Source: a virus. From it: a stretch of 64,000 bases of DNA. The translations under genes were made by a program, and so were the position numbers. A model generated the notes under the pieces. The model was not told where the DNA came from and made no database searches. It was given only the letters and a program-made list of their open reading frames with translations. Positions 15,694 to 25,651 of this stretch are shown here, one piece after another. The first letter of the stretch is position 1. The number at the start of each line of letters is the position of its first letter. The DNA is taken from positions 1-64,000 of IMG/VR virus record IMGVR_UViG_3300024518_000034. One strand, written 5' to 3'.

Positions 15694-16650
15694 TTATTCA
15701 CTATTCTCCTCTTTTTTAAATTGTTCTTTTAATAAAATATCTTTATACCACTGTGGTAACCCAGCAGCAACACGCCTCTTGATTTTTGGCCAGAAGTATT
15801 TGAACAATTCGTTCTTGATCAAATCTTCGCACTCGTCTTTTACATCATCCTGAACCATTCCCATTAATTTACCAATATCTTTTGGCTCACCAGTGTGTTC
15901 GCCAAGCTCCTTCAGTCTTTGCACAGCCTTGTCCCAGCGAGCTTCACTTCTGTACTTTTGACACAACACTGTTTCGATGTCACCTTGAGATGGATTTCTC
16001 TGTCTAAAATCAGTTTTGTTAATTTCCTTAAATCTTTCGCTGACGTGTTTGCCCATTAGAGTCTTTCCATCACGACCCCACTGATTGTAGTTTTTGATTA
16101 CCACGCCTTCGATGTCTGATCCGCCAAGAACTGAAAGATTATCCATAAATTCCATAATCTGATCTACAGTTTTGATCTCACCAACGAACAGAGTTGGAAC
16201 TACTTCCAATCCCATATTAAGCGCTTCTGCTTTTAGATCTTCTGGCATCATTCTCTTTTCAAGACCAATGTCTACATCGTACAAAATGAATCCGCCCTTA
16301 GGCATTCTCTCATACGCAAGCGTATTGTGTTTTGGACTATGAAATGCTTCACCTCTGTAGATCCAACCTTCAGTTAGTAATCCTTTATCAAATAAGTCCT
16401 GCGCGGTATCCATTGCAGGCTTGAAAAGATTGTTAGGAATATAGATACCTTCATCGAAATCCATAACCATTTGTCCCTTTGAACGAGCGAACAATTTTCC
16501 ATCAGCCATGCCGAAGCTGAATTGCGACCCGTCTACCTTTTCTTGTACAACTACTTCACCGTCTAGTAGATTTTCAACACTTGGGTGTCCGAGATTCCAG
16601 ACTTTTACGTAACTTCTTAACTTCTTTGGTTTTATAATATTTTGTTCCAT
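15694..16650 (-). CDS. RNA ligase, Rnl2-like
   Basis: VQEKVDGSQF (motif I), YRGEAF (III), FILYDV (IIIa), EGVVIK (IV), GKHVSERFKE (V). Confidence 0.85.
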   Translation of the reverse strand: MEQNIIKPKKLRSYVKVWNLGHPSVENLLDGEVVVQEKVDGSQFSFGMADGKLFARSKGQMVMDFDEGIYIPNNLFKPAMDTAQDLFDKGLLTEGWIYRGEAFHSPKHNTLAYERMPKGGFILYDVDIGLEKRMMPEDLKAEALNMGLEVVPTLFVGEIKTVDQIMEFMDNLSVLGGSDIEGVVIKNYNQWGRDGKTLMGKHVSERFKEINKTDFRQRNPSQGDIETVLCQKYRSEARWDKAVQRLKELGEHTGEPKDIGKLMGMVQDDVKDECEDLIKNELFKYFWPKIKRRVAAGLPQWYKDILLKEQFKKEENSE

Positions 16651-16662
16651 TGTACTTCTCCG

Positions 16663-17049
16663 TTAAATGTGGCAAATCTCTAGTTCGCCTTCTCTATTCG
16701 AATAAAAAACTCGATCTATATTGTACTGCCTAATGAAATTGATGCAACAGTTACATGGCTTTGACATGCGAATTTCTCCCTGGTTGTTTAACCTTATGAC
16801 CAGCAAGGACTTATTGTCAATCCTAACGTCTGGGAAGAGATTCTTAAATCGGTTAAGCGCATCAAATTCAGCGTGTTTAGCTTTATAGAAGGTGTTGCTC
16901 TTCGGGTGCGTAGTAGAACTATTAATGCCTACCACGAATATCTTAGTGCCCTTACAAATGAAGCAAAAGTGCCTGTATTGTACCTTCTTAATCTCCGTAA
17001 GTTTTTTCTGTGCTACTCTGACGCATCTGTTAAATTGTTTAATCGTCAT
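16663..17049 (-). CDS. Zn-dependent nucleotide/nucleic-acid deaminase
   Basis: HAE...SKPCxxC. Confidence 0.8.
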   Translation of the reverse strand: MTIKQFNRCVRVAQKKLTEIKKVQYRHFCFICKGTKIFVVGINSSTTHPKSNTFYKAKHAEFDALNRFKNLFPDVRIDNKSLLVIRLNNQGEIRMSKPCNCCINFIRQYNIDRVFYSNREGELEICHI

Positions 17050-17128
17050 TTATCTTCCTTTATGCCAAAAATGGGATTCATCTTGCCTCTTCCTAGCTAC
17101 AGTATATATGAGGAGAACGTAAAAAGCA

Positions 17129-17347
17129 ATGGAGAAAGAAATTATGATCAGGATAGGGTTGTCAAACTTGCTAGTGATGTTTGGCATTTGTATGGTTCCG
17201 TTTATTGCGTCAGCGATAGCCAACGTTATTTTTTTATACGAAGAGTCTAAACGTATTGCCGCATTTAAAAGAATAATTCAAGAGCCCGACAGGGCTTCAG
17301 AAATAGCCATGAAGATGATACCAGGAAAGCACAATGATCGAACCTAA
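17129..17347 (+). CDS. Small membrane protein
   Basis: N-terminal hydrophobic helix. Confidence 0.6.
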   Translation: MEKEIMIRIGLSNLLVMFGICMVPFIASAIANVIFLYEESKRIAAFKRIIQEPDRASEIAMKMIPGKHNDRT

Positions 17348-17699
17348 TTATATCTACAGAGCAACGCTAGATAGAATTAAAGACGGTGACACCTTTGTCT
17401 TATTGGTTGACGTAGGGTTTGAAGCCTATAGAAAGATAACAGTTAGGCTGGCTGAAGTTGACACCCCAGAAATTTGGGGTGTTAAGCATTCTAGTGAAGA
17501 ATATAAGATGGGTAAAAAGGCTAGTACTTTTGTAAGTAAATGGTTTGAGGAAAATTCCAATGTAGTTATTCGTTCTATTGTAGACAAAAAAAAGAGAAAT
17601 AAAAAAGGATCGTTGAAAAGATATTTGGTCTATGTATACAGTGGCGATAAGTGTCTTAACGATGAGCTTATTGAGAAGGGCTGGAAATGGCAATCGTAG
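17334..17699 (+). CDS. Thermonuclease (SNase-like)
   Basis: KDGDTF...VRLAEVDTPE...RYLVYVY...LNDELIEKG. Confidence 0.85.
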   Translation: MIEPNYIYRATLDRIKDGDTFVLLVDVGFEAYRKITVRLAEVDTPEIWGVKHSSEEYKMGKKASTFVSKWFEENSNVVIRSIVDKKKRNKKGSLKRYLVYVYSGDKCLNDELIEKGWKWQS

Positions 17700-18019
17700 A
17701 TCTGTTCAGTAAGAGAACAGCGCAAGCGACATATTACCATGGAACTAGTACCGCTGTCGTTCCTCTTGATGAATTTAGACTTTTGCCTCCAGACGAAACA
17801 GGAAATCTGAGCGAGGCTGGACGAATAAAAAACTTAGATATGGTTTTCTTTACTGAAGATTATAATTATGCCAACATATATGCCCAAAGAGCAGTAAATC
17901 AGTTTGGTGGAGATCCTGTAATTTTTAGAGTCATTCCCATGGGAGACGTTAGAACTATAAACGATAAACCTGGCGCTACTGTTTATTCAACAATAGGCGC
18001 TTTTATGGAGTTAACATGA
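17687..18019 (+). CDS. ADP-ribosyltransferase-fold protein with leader MAIVDLFSKRTAQA
   Basis: YYHGTS...VFFTEDYNYANIYA, resembling HYE/Arr-type ART cores. Confidence 0.6.
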   Translation: MAIVDLFSKRTAQATYYHGTSTAVVPLDEFRLLPPDETGNLSEAGRIKNLDMVFFTEDYNYANIYAQRAVNQFGGDPVIFRVIPMGDVRTINDKPGATVYSTIGAFMELT

Positions 18020-18678
18020 GTATAGTAGATTTATATAATAAGAGAATGGCACAGCCATGGACTGGTGGATATGTTAAAAAATTTATTGAGATGTTAGATA
18101 ATGATATTCAATATTTACAAAACGATGCATATGAGCTTGTAAAAGTTGAACAACTTAACAAGGATGCAAATAGTTATCTTTCAATGTTTAAAGATATTCC
18201 TGAAGCGATAAAAACCAGACTTAAAACAATGAGAACTTTAACAACTCAGACATTACAGAAACGAGGAGAAGGTTCTACATCTAAAGAACCTGTTTATCGT
18301 CAAATGGTTTCTAATTATTCTGAAACGGCAATGAATTTAATAAGTGAGGTAGATAGTTTGCTTGCGCAGAACGACATTGAACAGTTAAAAAATAAATTGC
18401 CAGAATTGACAGAGCTTATGAACAAGGGAACTTCTCTAATCGATGCTGTTTCTAATATTGGTCAAGATATGAAATATTACAGTCAAATGAGAACCGACAT
18501 GGGTTTCTTAAAGATTAGATATAATAAAATTTTAAAACTAACCAAAGCAGCGCCAGAACAACAACCAATGCCTTTGCCACCAAATTTAGAAGATCCAAAC
18601 TGGCCATGGCAGGGGCAAAATCAGCAATCTGTACCTCCTAGAGCAGAATGGGGCGCTAACGAAACAGGTGTTATGTAG
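18016..18678 (+). CDS. Helical protein with leader MSIVDLYNKRMAQP
   Basis: ORF track; coiled-coil-like; Pro/Gln tail. Confidence 0.75.
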   Translation: MSIVDLYNKRMAQPWTGGYVKKFIEMLDNDIQYLQNDAYELVKVEQLNKDANSYLSMFKDIPEAIKTRLKTMRTLTTQTLQKRGEGSTSKEPVYRQMVSNYSETAMNLISEVDSLLAQNDIEQLKNKLPELTELMNKGTSLIDAVSNIGQDMKYYSQMRTDMGFLKIRYNKILKLTKAAPEQQPMPLPPNLEDPNWPWQGQNQQSVPPRAEWGANETGVM

Positions 18679-19934
18679 TGAGCATAGTTGATTTGTTTTT
18701 TAAACGTACCGCTGTAGATTTTCTTGACCACGCAACGGAAAGAGTTAGAGAATATGGTCTTACCGATTGGAGCGATATAAATCCTAGCCATAGGCCATGG
18801 GAGGAAGAATCACGAGAATTTTATACTGATATGGATCTGACAAGCGACGACCAACAAGCGTTTGCTTTGTCTCATTTCTTAGAAAATTTAGGAGGCGGTG
18901 ATCCAGACGCAGGACTAGATCTTTTTAAACAACTAGAACTATCGCCAGATGTATCTATAGTTGGTCATGGTTCTGGAATATATGGACAAGTATATATTTT
19001 GTCAGATAATTCTGTAGTTAAAGTGGCTCCTTCAAAAGAAGAGCCCTATATTAAGGATTTAAACGAGATGTCACTCACTGGTATGCCTGAGATATATAAT
19101 ATTATTGACATACCATCTTCCGAAATAGCACACCAAGAGGAATTAAAAGCAAGGCCGTACAATACTCCGATAACAAATCCTGGCAGAACTGATGTCGCAA
19201 TTCATATGGCAAACGCAGGAAGAACAATGGAAGATTTGTTTGAAGAAAAACAGCAATTGTTTGAAGCCTACGATAAATTCGTTAGTAGTGTAGGAAGTAA
19301 CAAAGAATATTTTGAAAATTTTAGTGGACCAAAAGAGTGGATTGATAAAACACACTTTAGTCTCTCTGAAGAAGACATGAATCTGTTCGAACAACTTTGG
19401 AATAACTGGGCTCTTTGGCAATCGTTAGGAATAGATATTGCTAACGACAGACATTGGAATAATGTAATGGTTGATGAAAGTACAAATCAATTTTACTTTA
19501 TTGATTTTGGTCGTACTAGTACTAAGAAGTTTCACAAAGAGCAAGAAGGATTAGGGAGAATAATGGATGCGCCAGCTACTATAGGTGACGCCTTAAAAAC
19601 TTTAACAGAAGATCTGCAAGAAGGAGAGGAATCTTCTGAAGAATATCAATGGAACGATGAAGCATTGTTTAATTATGTATATTCTAAATTGAACGAAGCA
19701 TTTAATTTTGCATATGGCCCTACACAACTAACTAAGCAAACTAATAGATTTTTGAAAGAACATAAAGGTCTTAGTCCAGAATTTATTGATAGTAAGTTGG
19801 CTGAATTTGAAAGTCGTTTTAAAGATATTCGTCCGATGCCAAGTGCTGATATGGCATGGACAATGAGGCCAAAAGAATATGAGCCAGTTGAAGAAGAGAT
19901 GCCTGAATTTTTTCCGGGGATGACAAGTGATTAA
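18678..19934 (+). CDS. Protein-kinase-like enzyme with leader MSIVDLFFKRTAVD
   Basis: GHGSGIYGQV P-loop, VVKV, DRHWNNVM catalytic loop, IDFG. Confidence 0.8.
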   Translation: MSIVDLFFKRTAVDFLDHATERVREYGLTDWSDINPSHRPWEEESREFYTDMDLTSDDQQAFALSHFLENLGGGDPDAGLDLFKQLELSPDVSIVGHGSGIYGQVYILSDNSVVKVAPSKEEPYIKDLNEMSLTGMPEIYNIIDIPSSEIAHQEELKARPYNTPITNPGRTDVAIHMANAGRTMEDLFEEKQQLFEAYDKFVSSVGSNKEYFENFSGPKEWIDKTHFSLSEEDMNLFEQLWNNWALWQSLGIDIANDRHWNNVMVDESTNQFYFIDFGRTSTKKFHKEQEGLGRIMDAPATIGDALKTLTEDLQEGEESSEEYQWNDEALFNYVYSKLNEAFNFAYGPTQLTKQTNRFLKEHKGLSPEFIDSKLAEFESRFKDIRPMPSADMAWTMRPKEYEPVEEEMPEFFPGMTSD

Positions 19935-20283
19935 GAAACTAATTATAGTACTTCTATTGATCTTAATGGTTGGTTGTTCTACGACTACGACGCTTCCAGA
20001 TCCAAGAAGAGATCATAAGGCAGAGGTTAGGTCTGATTGTAGAAGTTGGATAACAGTTTGGGTGAGAGATAGAGGCAAGATTAAAACGATTTCATTATAT
20101 AAAGTAAATGAAATCAAGGACTTAAACAAATTACAACTAAAGTTAAATAAAATTGGGGTAGATGGGTCGTTAAAATCACTAAGGTATATAAGGATAGCTA
20201 AGCGCAGAAGGGAATTGCCTTTAAGTGAATATCAGGTAATAGAACAATTTATTCTAGCTGGGAAAGAAATAATAAAGGAATAA
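19927..20283 (+). CDS. Putative lipoprotein
   Basis: MIKKLIIVLLLILMVGC lipobox-type signal. Confidence 0.65.
   Translation: MIKKLIIVLLLILMVGCSTTTTLPDPRRDHKAEVRSDCRSWITVWVRDRGKIKTISLYKVNEIKDLNKLQLKLNKIGVDGSLKSLRYIRIAKRRRELPLSEYQVIEQFILAGKEIIKE
20131..20283 (+). repeat. Direct repeat copy A (3' end of the lipoprotein gene)
   Basis: Highly similar to 23019-23170. Confidence 0.85.
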
Positions 20284-20286
20284 CAA

Positions 20287-20481
20287 ATGGGAAAATCACC
20301 AACAATTAAAAGTAAATTGTTAAATGTAACATCTATACACAGTGATGGAAAATTACAGCTAAACAATGTTATATCTAAGATTCCACTTCATAAGGAATCT
20401 AGAAGCTTGAGGCAGTTAGTTAGACTTTTGATGCACGGCGATAGTAAAGAGACATTGCATAGAGGAATAATATGGCAGTAA
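20287..20481 (+). pseudogene. Truncated paralog of 21716 and 23173
   Basis: LRQLVRLLMHGDSKETLH aligns with LVRGIAQGASKDTLH, then stops. Confidence 0.55.
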
Positions 20482-21680
20482 CAATAAATCTTTTAGATCC
20501 CAGCGGATCATTGACCGCTTCAACAGGGAACCCTGCGTTGGCAGGAATAGAAGTGGCCAATGGTGTCGGTGACCCTATTATAAATGCTGTAGATGTAACT
20601 GTAACAGATTCGCAAAATAATGAAATTGTTAATTTTCCTAATTTCATTGTAAATTTGGGCGCGGGCGACACCGCATCTAATGAATATTCAGTTGATGAGC
20701 CAGACATTCATGAGATAAAAGTAGACGTGGACGGCAACATAACTACTTTTAGTGATTATGTTGTAAGGCATACTGCCGCCAAAGATAAAACTGAAAATGA
20801 AAAGGCCCAAAATTTTAAAGGAACTTGCAGTAAGAAAAAAACATCAACTCCTATTACAAGTCCAAGTGGAACGTTTGTAGCTGCCAGTGGCGACGGTGGA
20901 TCGCACACCGAACCCATAATAGTTAATTTTTTTCAACCAACAATTAAAACAGCTAACGAACAAACGGGGGCGACAAAAAGCATTATTCATGAAGTGGATA
21001 TGCCGTTTCAATATGAATTTACTCTTGATTTTAGTGATGAAGATAATTTCATTGCTGTAAATAGAAAAAAGGGATGTAGCATTTGTTGTGCTTTGGCCTT
21101 TAGAGGAAGATTAAAAATTGATGGAAAATTAGTACGTGGTCTAAATGGCACCGACGTGTTGCCAGGAAGCCAGTTCTATCTCAACGATTTTTGGAGAAAT
21201 AAATGGTTGAAATGCTCTCCTATAAAAAGTAATTTCTTATTTGTCAACAAGAAAAATTTTACTATAAAAGATTTTTTAAAAAATATAAACTTCTTTACTA
21301 GAGTTCAAAGTGGAAAAGTTTTTGGAACTACAAATGAAGAAGCTATCAAAAAATTTGTTTTATCTCTTGAAATAAGGTTATATATTTTTCTTGCTTGTCC
21401 TGGAAAAAGCTTGCAGCCTATCAAAAAGGTTGATTTTACATTATATTATTATAAAAAAGAGGAATGGAAATCACCAAGAGCTAGAATTGCTGGTCCAAAT
21501 GGTGCCCGGTTGGTGGGGCCGGATGGCCTTGAGCCAAAAATTAGTTCGTTTACAATAGAAGAGTTTGATACGGTTACTAGTAATACATCGGTAGTACTGG
21601 AAGCTGAGAGTAAAAAACCAATAGGCTCATCAATTTTTGCTCCTGATCCTAGATTTAATTTCTATATTACCCATAATTAG
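20472..21680 (+). CDS. Hypothetical protein (402 aa), Ig-like N-terminus and Cys-containing C-terminal part; distant paralog of 24656
   Basis: ORF track; KKGCSICC and LYIFLAC segments resemble VKKRCC and LWLECC in 24656. Confidence 0.75.
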   Translation: MAVTINLLDPSGSLTASTGNPALAGIEVANGVGDPIINAVDVTVTDSQNNEIVNFPNFIVNLGAGDTASNEYSVDEPDIHEIKVDVDGNITTFSDYVVRHTAAKDKTENEKAQNFKGTCSKKKTSTPITSPSGTFVAASGDGGSHTEPIIVNFFQPTIKTANEQTGATKSIIHEVDMPFQYEFTLDFSDEDNFIAVNRKKGCSICCALAFRGRLKIDGKLVRGLNGTDVLPGSQFYLNDFWRNKWLKCSPIKSNFLFVNKKNFTIKDFLKNINFFTRVQSGKVFGTTNEEAIKKFVLSLEIRLYIFLACPGKSLQPIKKVDFTLYYYKKEEWKSPRARIAGPNGARLVGPDGLEPKISSFTIEEFDTVTSNTSVVLEAESKKPIGSSIFAPDPRFNFYITHN

Positions 21681-21715
21681 TAAATAATAATAAAGAAAAG
21701 AAATAGTTTAAATAA

Positions 21716-22597
21716 ATGTCAAGAATAAATAAAAAAACCATAATCAGCGAAGCTATTAAATTATCAGATGATGGAAAATCTAATTTAGACAATGTTGGCT
21801 CGCTTACTGTTTCTAATAAGCCTTCATCTAGTATTAGACGAACTTTTAGAAAATTAATCCAAGGAAGTAGTAGGGGGCGATTACATTTGAGGACTGTATC
21901 TGGAATTGCTATTGCATCAGTGCTTGATATTTCTTCTTCTTCAACTACGCTTGAAATTATTGACAATATGGAAAGTGCTATTACAAATTCATTAACTGCA
22001 ATTACAGAAATAGAGCCATCTAAATTTGTACCATCTAATTCGCTAATTAAAATTTTGAATTCTGTTACTGTGACAGATAAAGATGGTTTTTTTGCGATAG
22101 ACGACATAGGTAAGTCACCGTCTATGAAAAGGGTTAAGCCTGCTAGAAGTTTAATTGAAACAGTCAGAAGATTGATCAAAACTGAAAGCGATGGAGTTAA
22201 TAAAATAAATACCCTATCGGGGCAAGTAATAAGCGCTTGGGCAGATTTATCTGACCCCATTGTGGGAAGTGATTTAATTTCTTCTACTTCTAGTGTTTTA
22301 GAAGTAGACACTAGTAGTTTGTCACCCGCAGCATTAAACTCTGGAATCAAATCTTCTAAATTGTTAGAAATTATTAAAGATTTTATATATACTTTTTCTG
22401 CATCGTTTCAAATAGACGATGTAGGAGTTGTAAGAGATGTCGAAGAAAAAAAACCAAATCAAAAGAAATTTTTTGATTTATATAATGACGTTGTGGACAA
22501 AGATTTATTAATTATTAATACAGCAGGTGCGAGCGTTATTTCGTCTGTAATTTTAGACGCAATGGAAATAGGCGATGCGCTAGATGATCTTTTTTAG
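21716..22597 (+). CDS. Three-repeat Ser/Ile-rich protein (family A)
   Basis: Repeats LHLRTVSG, INTLSG, LLIINTAG, with IDD(I/V)G motifs. Confidence 0.8.
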   Translation: MSRINKKTIISEAIKLSDDGKSNLDNVGSLTVSNKPSSSIRRTFRKLIQGSSRGRLHLRTVSGIAIASVLDISSSSTTLEIIDNMESAITNSLTAITEIEPSKFVPSNSLIKILNSVTVTDKDGFFAIDDIGKSPSMKRVKPARSLIETVRRLIKTESDGVNKINTLSGQVISAWADLSDPIVGSDLISSTSSVLEVDTSSLSPAALNSGIKSSKLLEIIKDFIYTFSASFQIDDVGVVRDVEEKKPNQKKFFDLYNDVVDKDLLIINTAGASVISSVILDAMEIGDALDDLF

Positions 22598-22600
22598 CAA

Positions 22601-23018
22601 ATGAATAAAATCGGACTAGTTCTTGGGGGAGGCGGTGGAAGAAATGGTGCTTTTGCAGTGGGCGCTATCTATAGGCTTACTTCACAGTATAACATCTCGT
22701 TCGATTACATCTCTGGCACGTCAAAACTGGCGCTCTAATGGCTACTTTTGTTCTATTAGACGAGATAGAAGATCTTAACGATGTGTATCGTGGAGGCATA
22801 TCAAGCGATGACATATTGAACTCCAGAGGACTCATTAGTGGTTTCTTCAATGGCTCTCTTGCCAGTACCGACCCTCTTAAAAATCTTATTAATAGATATA
22901 TGGACAAGGATGCTGTCAAAAGAGCATGGGAAAGTGATAAAAAGGCTGTTGTTACTTGTGTAAATATTAGAACTGGTAGTACAGTTAGACGTTGGTCGAA
23001 TCCAGACGATTTGGACGA
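22601..23018 (+). pseudogene. Patatin-like phospholipase, 5' fragment (frameshifted after GTS, lacks DGG)
   Basis: MNKIGLVLGGGG...ISGTS, 2-nt insertion, then MATF...CVNIRTG; truncated at the repeat junction. Confidence 0.8.
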
Positions 23019-23170
23019 TTGCAACTAAAGTTAAAAAAAATTGGTAGATGGGTCGCTAAAATCGCTAAGGTATATAAGGATAGCTAAACGAAGAAGAGAA
23101 CTACCTTTGAGTGAATATCAGGTAATAGAACAATTTATTCTAGCTGGGAAAGAAACAATAGAGGATCAAT
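23019..23170 (+). repeat. Direct repeat copy B (lipoprotein 3' end, non-coding here)
   Basis: GTAGATGGGTCG...GTGAATATCAGGTAATAGAACAATTTATTCTAGCTGGGAAAGAAA shared with copy A. Confidence 0.85.
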
Positions 23171-23172
23171 AA

Positions 23173-24057
23173 ATGTCAAACAAAGCTTTAAATATTAGAA
23201 GTCAAATAAATAACTTTCTAACAGTTAATGCAGAAAGCAAGCACCAAATTAATAATACAGAGTTGAAAGCTCCTTCGGTGAAAGTAAAAAACAGTCAAAG
23301 AAATTTGGTAAGAGGGATCGCACAGGGTGCTAGTAAAGATACTTTGCACATTAGAACTATATCAGGTGCTATGGTTGCTGCAATCGCAGATTTAGATGCA
23401 AGCACAGTTACTAGTGATATCTTTTCTGCTGCAATTGCTGCCGTAAAGGATAGTGAAGGAACTACGCTGTTAGCTGGCTCTAGTTTTGCACCATCTACGT
23501 CTTTGAGAAAATCACTTTCATCAGTAATGGTGGTTTTACCAGACGGAACTCTTGCAGTTGATGATGTGGGAAAGTCTCCAGGGTTTTCTAGACCCATAGG
23601 GATAACTTCAATTAAGCAAGGGTTACGCCAATTGGTAAGATCTACAGATGCTGGACTATTGCATTTTAGCAGTGTTTCTGGGGCCGTTTTAAGACTTGTA
23701 GACGGTCTTTTGCCGGGAACTACTTTGGGAGATTTAGTTTTGACTATTCAATCATTTTTAGGAGAATCTACTTCTGTTGTTTTCACAACTGTGCCAAGTT
23801 CTGTTCCATCTGCAAATATTCTAGATGTAATAAATAGTGTAATAAAAGAAGATGTAGATGGATCTTTTATAATTGACGACGTAGGAGTTTTTGACGTTGC
23901 TACAAAAAACAAATCTAAAAAAATCTATGACATTGTAGACAGTGTAGTAGAAAGCAGTGGAGAATTGTTTTTTCTAAAGACAGTAGGAGGAGATGTAATG
24001 GACGATTTAAGTTTGGTATCTGGCCCCACGGCGCTAGATTTTATAGGATTGATATAA
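23173..24057 (+). CDS. Three-repeat Ser/Val-rich protein (family A paralog)
   Basis: LHIRTISG, LHFSSVSG, LFFLKTVGG; VDDVG/IDDVG motifs. Confidence 0.8.
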   Translation: MSNKALNIRSQINNFLTVNAESKHQINNTELKAPSVKVKNSQRNLVRGIAQGASKDTLHIRTISGAMVAAIADLDASTVTSDIFSAAIAAVKDSEGTTLLAGSSFAPSTSLRKSLSSVMVVLPDGTLAVDDVGKSPGFSRPIGITSIKQGLRQLVRSTDAGLLHFSSVSGAVLRLVDGLLPGTTLGDLVLTIQSFLGESTSVVFTTVPSSVPSANILDVINSVIKEDVDGSFIIDDVGVFDVATKNKSKKIYDIVDSVVESSGELFFLKTVGGDVMDDLSLVSGPTALDFIGLI

Positions 24058-24059
24058 TT

Positions 24060-24650
24060 ATGGCTATTTTAACGCTTGACCAGTTGGAGGTGACATCTGC
24101 TAGTGAATTAGATTTAACATCTCCTGGTTCAGATGCCCAATACTCTGCTTCGCAAGTAGAGCAAATGACAAATTGGATAAATAAACGAATGCTGACCATA
24201 TCTCAAAACTCTCTTTGTAGGAGAGGAGACTCTGATTTGCCAAGCATTCCAGGTTCAGTTTATCTAGGATCTCTTGGAGTAAATTTTGGAAAGCTTGTCA
24301 ACTTGTTTGACTTTCTAGATTCAATTGTAGATGCCGACTATAAAAGAGCAATAGCATTTTTGTTAACTTGTTCTATGTTTCCTGCATTTTGCAAAACAAC
24401 TCTTCAACCTTTAGATTCTGTATTGTCAAATCCGAAAACCGATTTACTTTATGATTCTTTTTGTGCCAACATGGATGATAATGCTAGAGTGACGATCATT
24501 TATGAATTAATGGAAATTATTATGGACATAGAGCCCACTCAGGGAGCTACGGCAGATAAGGTTGTTATTGCGGGAACAAATGACGCATTAACTTTTTTAA
24601 ATTTAACTGATGGAACTAATGAGACAGTTTCCATAACTAATAGGACATAA
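24060..24650 (+). CDS. Hypothetical protein (196 aa)
   Basis: ORF track. Confidence 0.75.
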   Translation: MAILTLDQLEVTSASELDLTSPGSDAQYSASQVEQMTNWINKRMLTISQNSLCRRGDSDLPSIPGSVYLGSLGVNFGKLVNLFDFLDSIVDADYKRAIAFLLTCSMFPAFCKTTLQPLDSVLSNPKTDLLYDSFCANMDDNARVTIIYELMEIIMDIEPTQGATADKVVIAGTNDALTFLNLTDGTNETVSITNRT

Positions 24651-24655
24651 ATATA

Positions 24656-25651
24656 ATGGGTGATGTAAAAATAGAAATACTTGGTATTCCAGGCGCTATA
24701 GTGAGTCAAAATGCAAAGGCTGCAAAAGCAGCAGCGGTACATATAGATTGGGCAGCAGCTATCGCCGCTATGGTAGAAAGATCTGGGCGCGAAAGCGGAA
24801 GTGTTGATCCTTTAGATGGTTTGGAACAAGGTCTTAAAGGCGGAACGTTTGGGCCAGAATTTGGAGGAGACAATAAACGAGGATTTATTAAGAATGCTCC
24901 TAGAGGAAAAGTTAATGTGCCTCAAGTTAAAATTAATGCCTGCCCATGTCTGAAGGATTTGAATTGTTGCAAATATAATGTAAGAGTTAAAAACTCAATT
25001 GCCTTTTTTGCAACTTTCAGTGCTGCTACTGGCATAGACACAGTTACTCCAGCTTACAGCGTATCAGTTGTTTTTGATTGCAGAGTAAAAAAAAGGTGCT
25101 GCGATTTGTCAATAAAACAAAAAGACAGATCTGTTATTGCGGCTCTAACATATGAAGATGCGGCTGGAGACAAAGTTGGAACAGTTAAAACAAGTACGGG
25201 AAAAGCTGTACAGGAAACGCACAAAGACACAGCAGGCACAGGAACTGACCTTCAGGGGAATCCTACTTCTAACTTAACTTATGGAACTAGCAATCAAGCT
25301 GGAGGAAAATTAGGAGTTAAAGTTGGAGTAAGTCCAACTACAAGAGGTAGTACAAAGAATGAAATAACTATAAAAAGCCCTTCATTCGAACTTCCAATTT
25401 TTGAGCTTGGATCTAACATTACTGATGTAATTCCAAAACCAACAAGGATTACAGGGATAATTACAGATATTCAAACAGTAACTCTATGGTTAGAATGTTG
25501 CAGAAAAAGTAATGGTAGTTTTACGAAGTGTCCTCTTGGAACTTACAATATAATGTCAACTATGGATGTAGATATTGACTTGTCTACTGGCATAGGTGTA
25601 GTAGATGTAAGGGTGCCAGAAGTGTCTGTTGCTCTTACAGAGTTAAGATAA
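24656..25651 (+). CDS. Hypothetical Cys/Thr-rich protein (331 aa)
   Basis: ORF track; CPCLKDLNCC, RCC, ECC. Confidence 0.75.
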   Translation: MGDVKIEILGIPGAIVSQNAKAAKAAAVHIDWAAAIAAMVERSGRESGSVDPLDGLEQGLKGGTFGPEFGGDNKRGFIKNAPRGKVNVPQVKINACPCLKDLNCCKYNVRVKNSIAFFATFSAATGIDTVTPAYSVSVVFDCRVKKRCCDLSIKQKDRSVIAALTYEDAAGDKVGTVKTSTGKAVQETHKDTAGTGTDLQGNPTSNLTYGTSNQAGGKLGVKVGVSPTTRGSTKNEITIKSPSFELPIFELGSNITDVIPKPTRITGIITDIQTVTLWLECCRKSNGSFTKCPLGTYNIMSTMDVDIDLSTGIGVVDVRVPEVSVALTELR

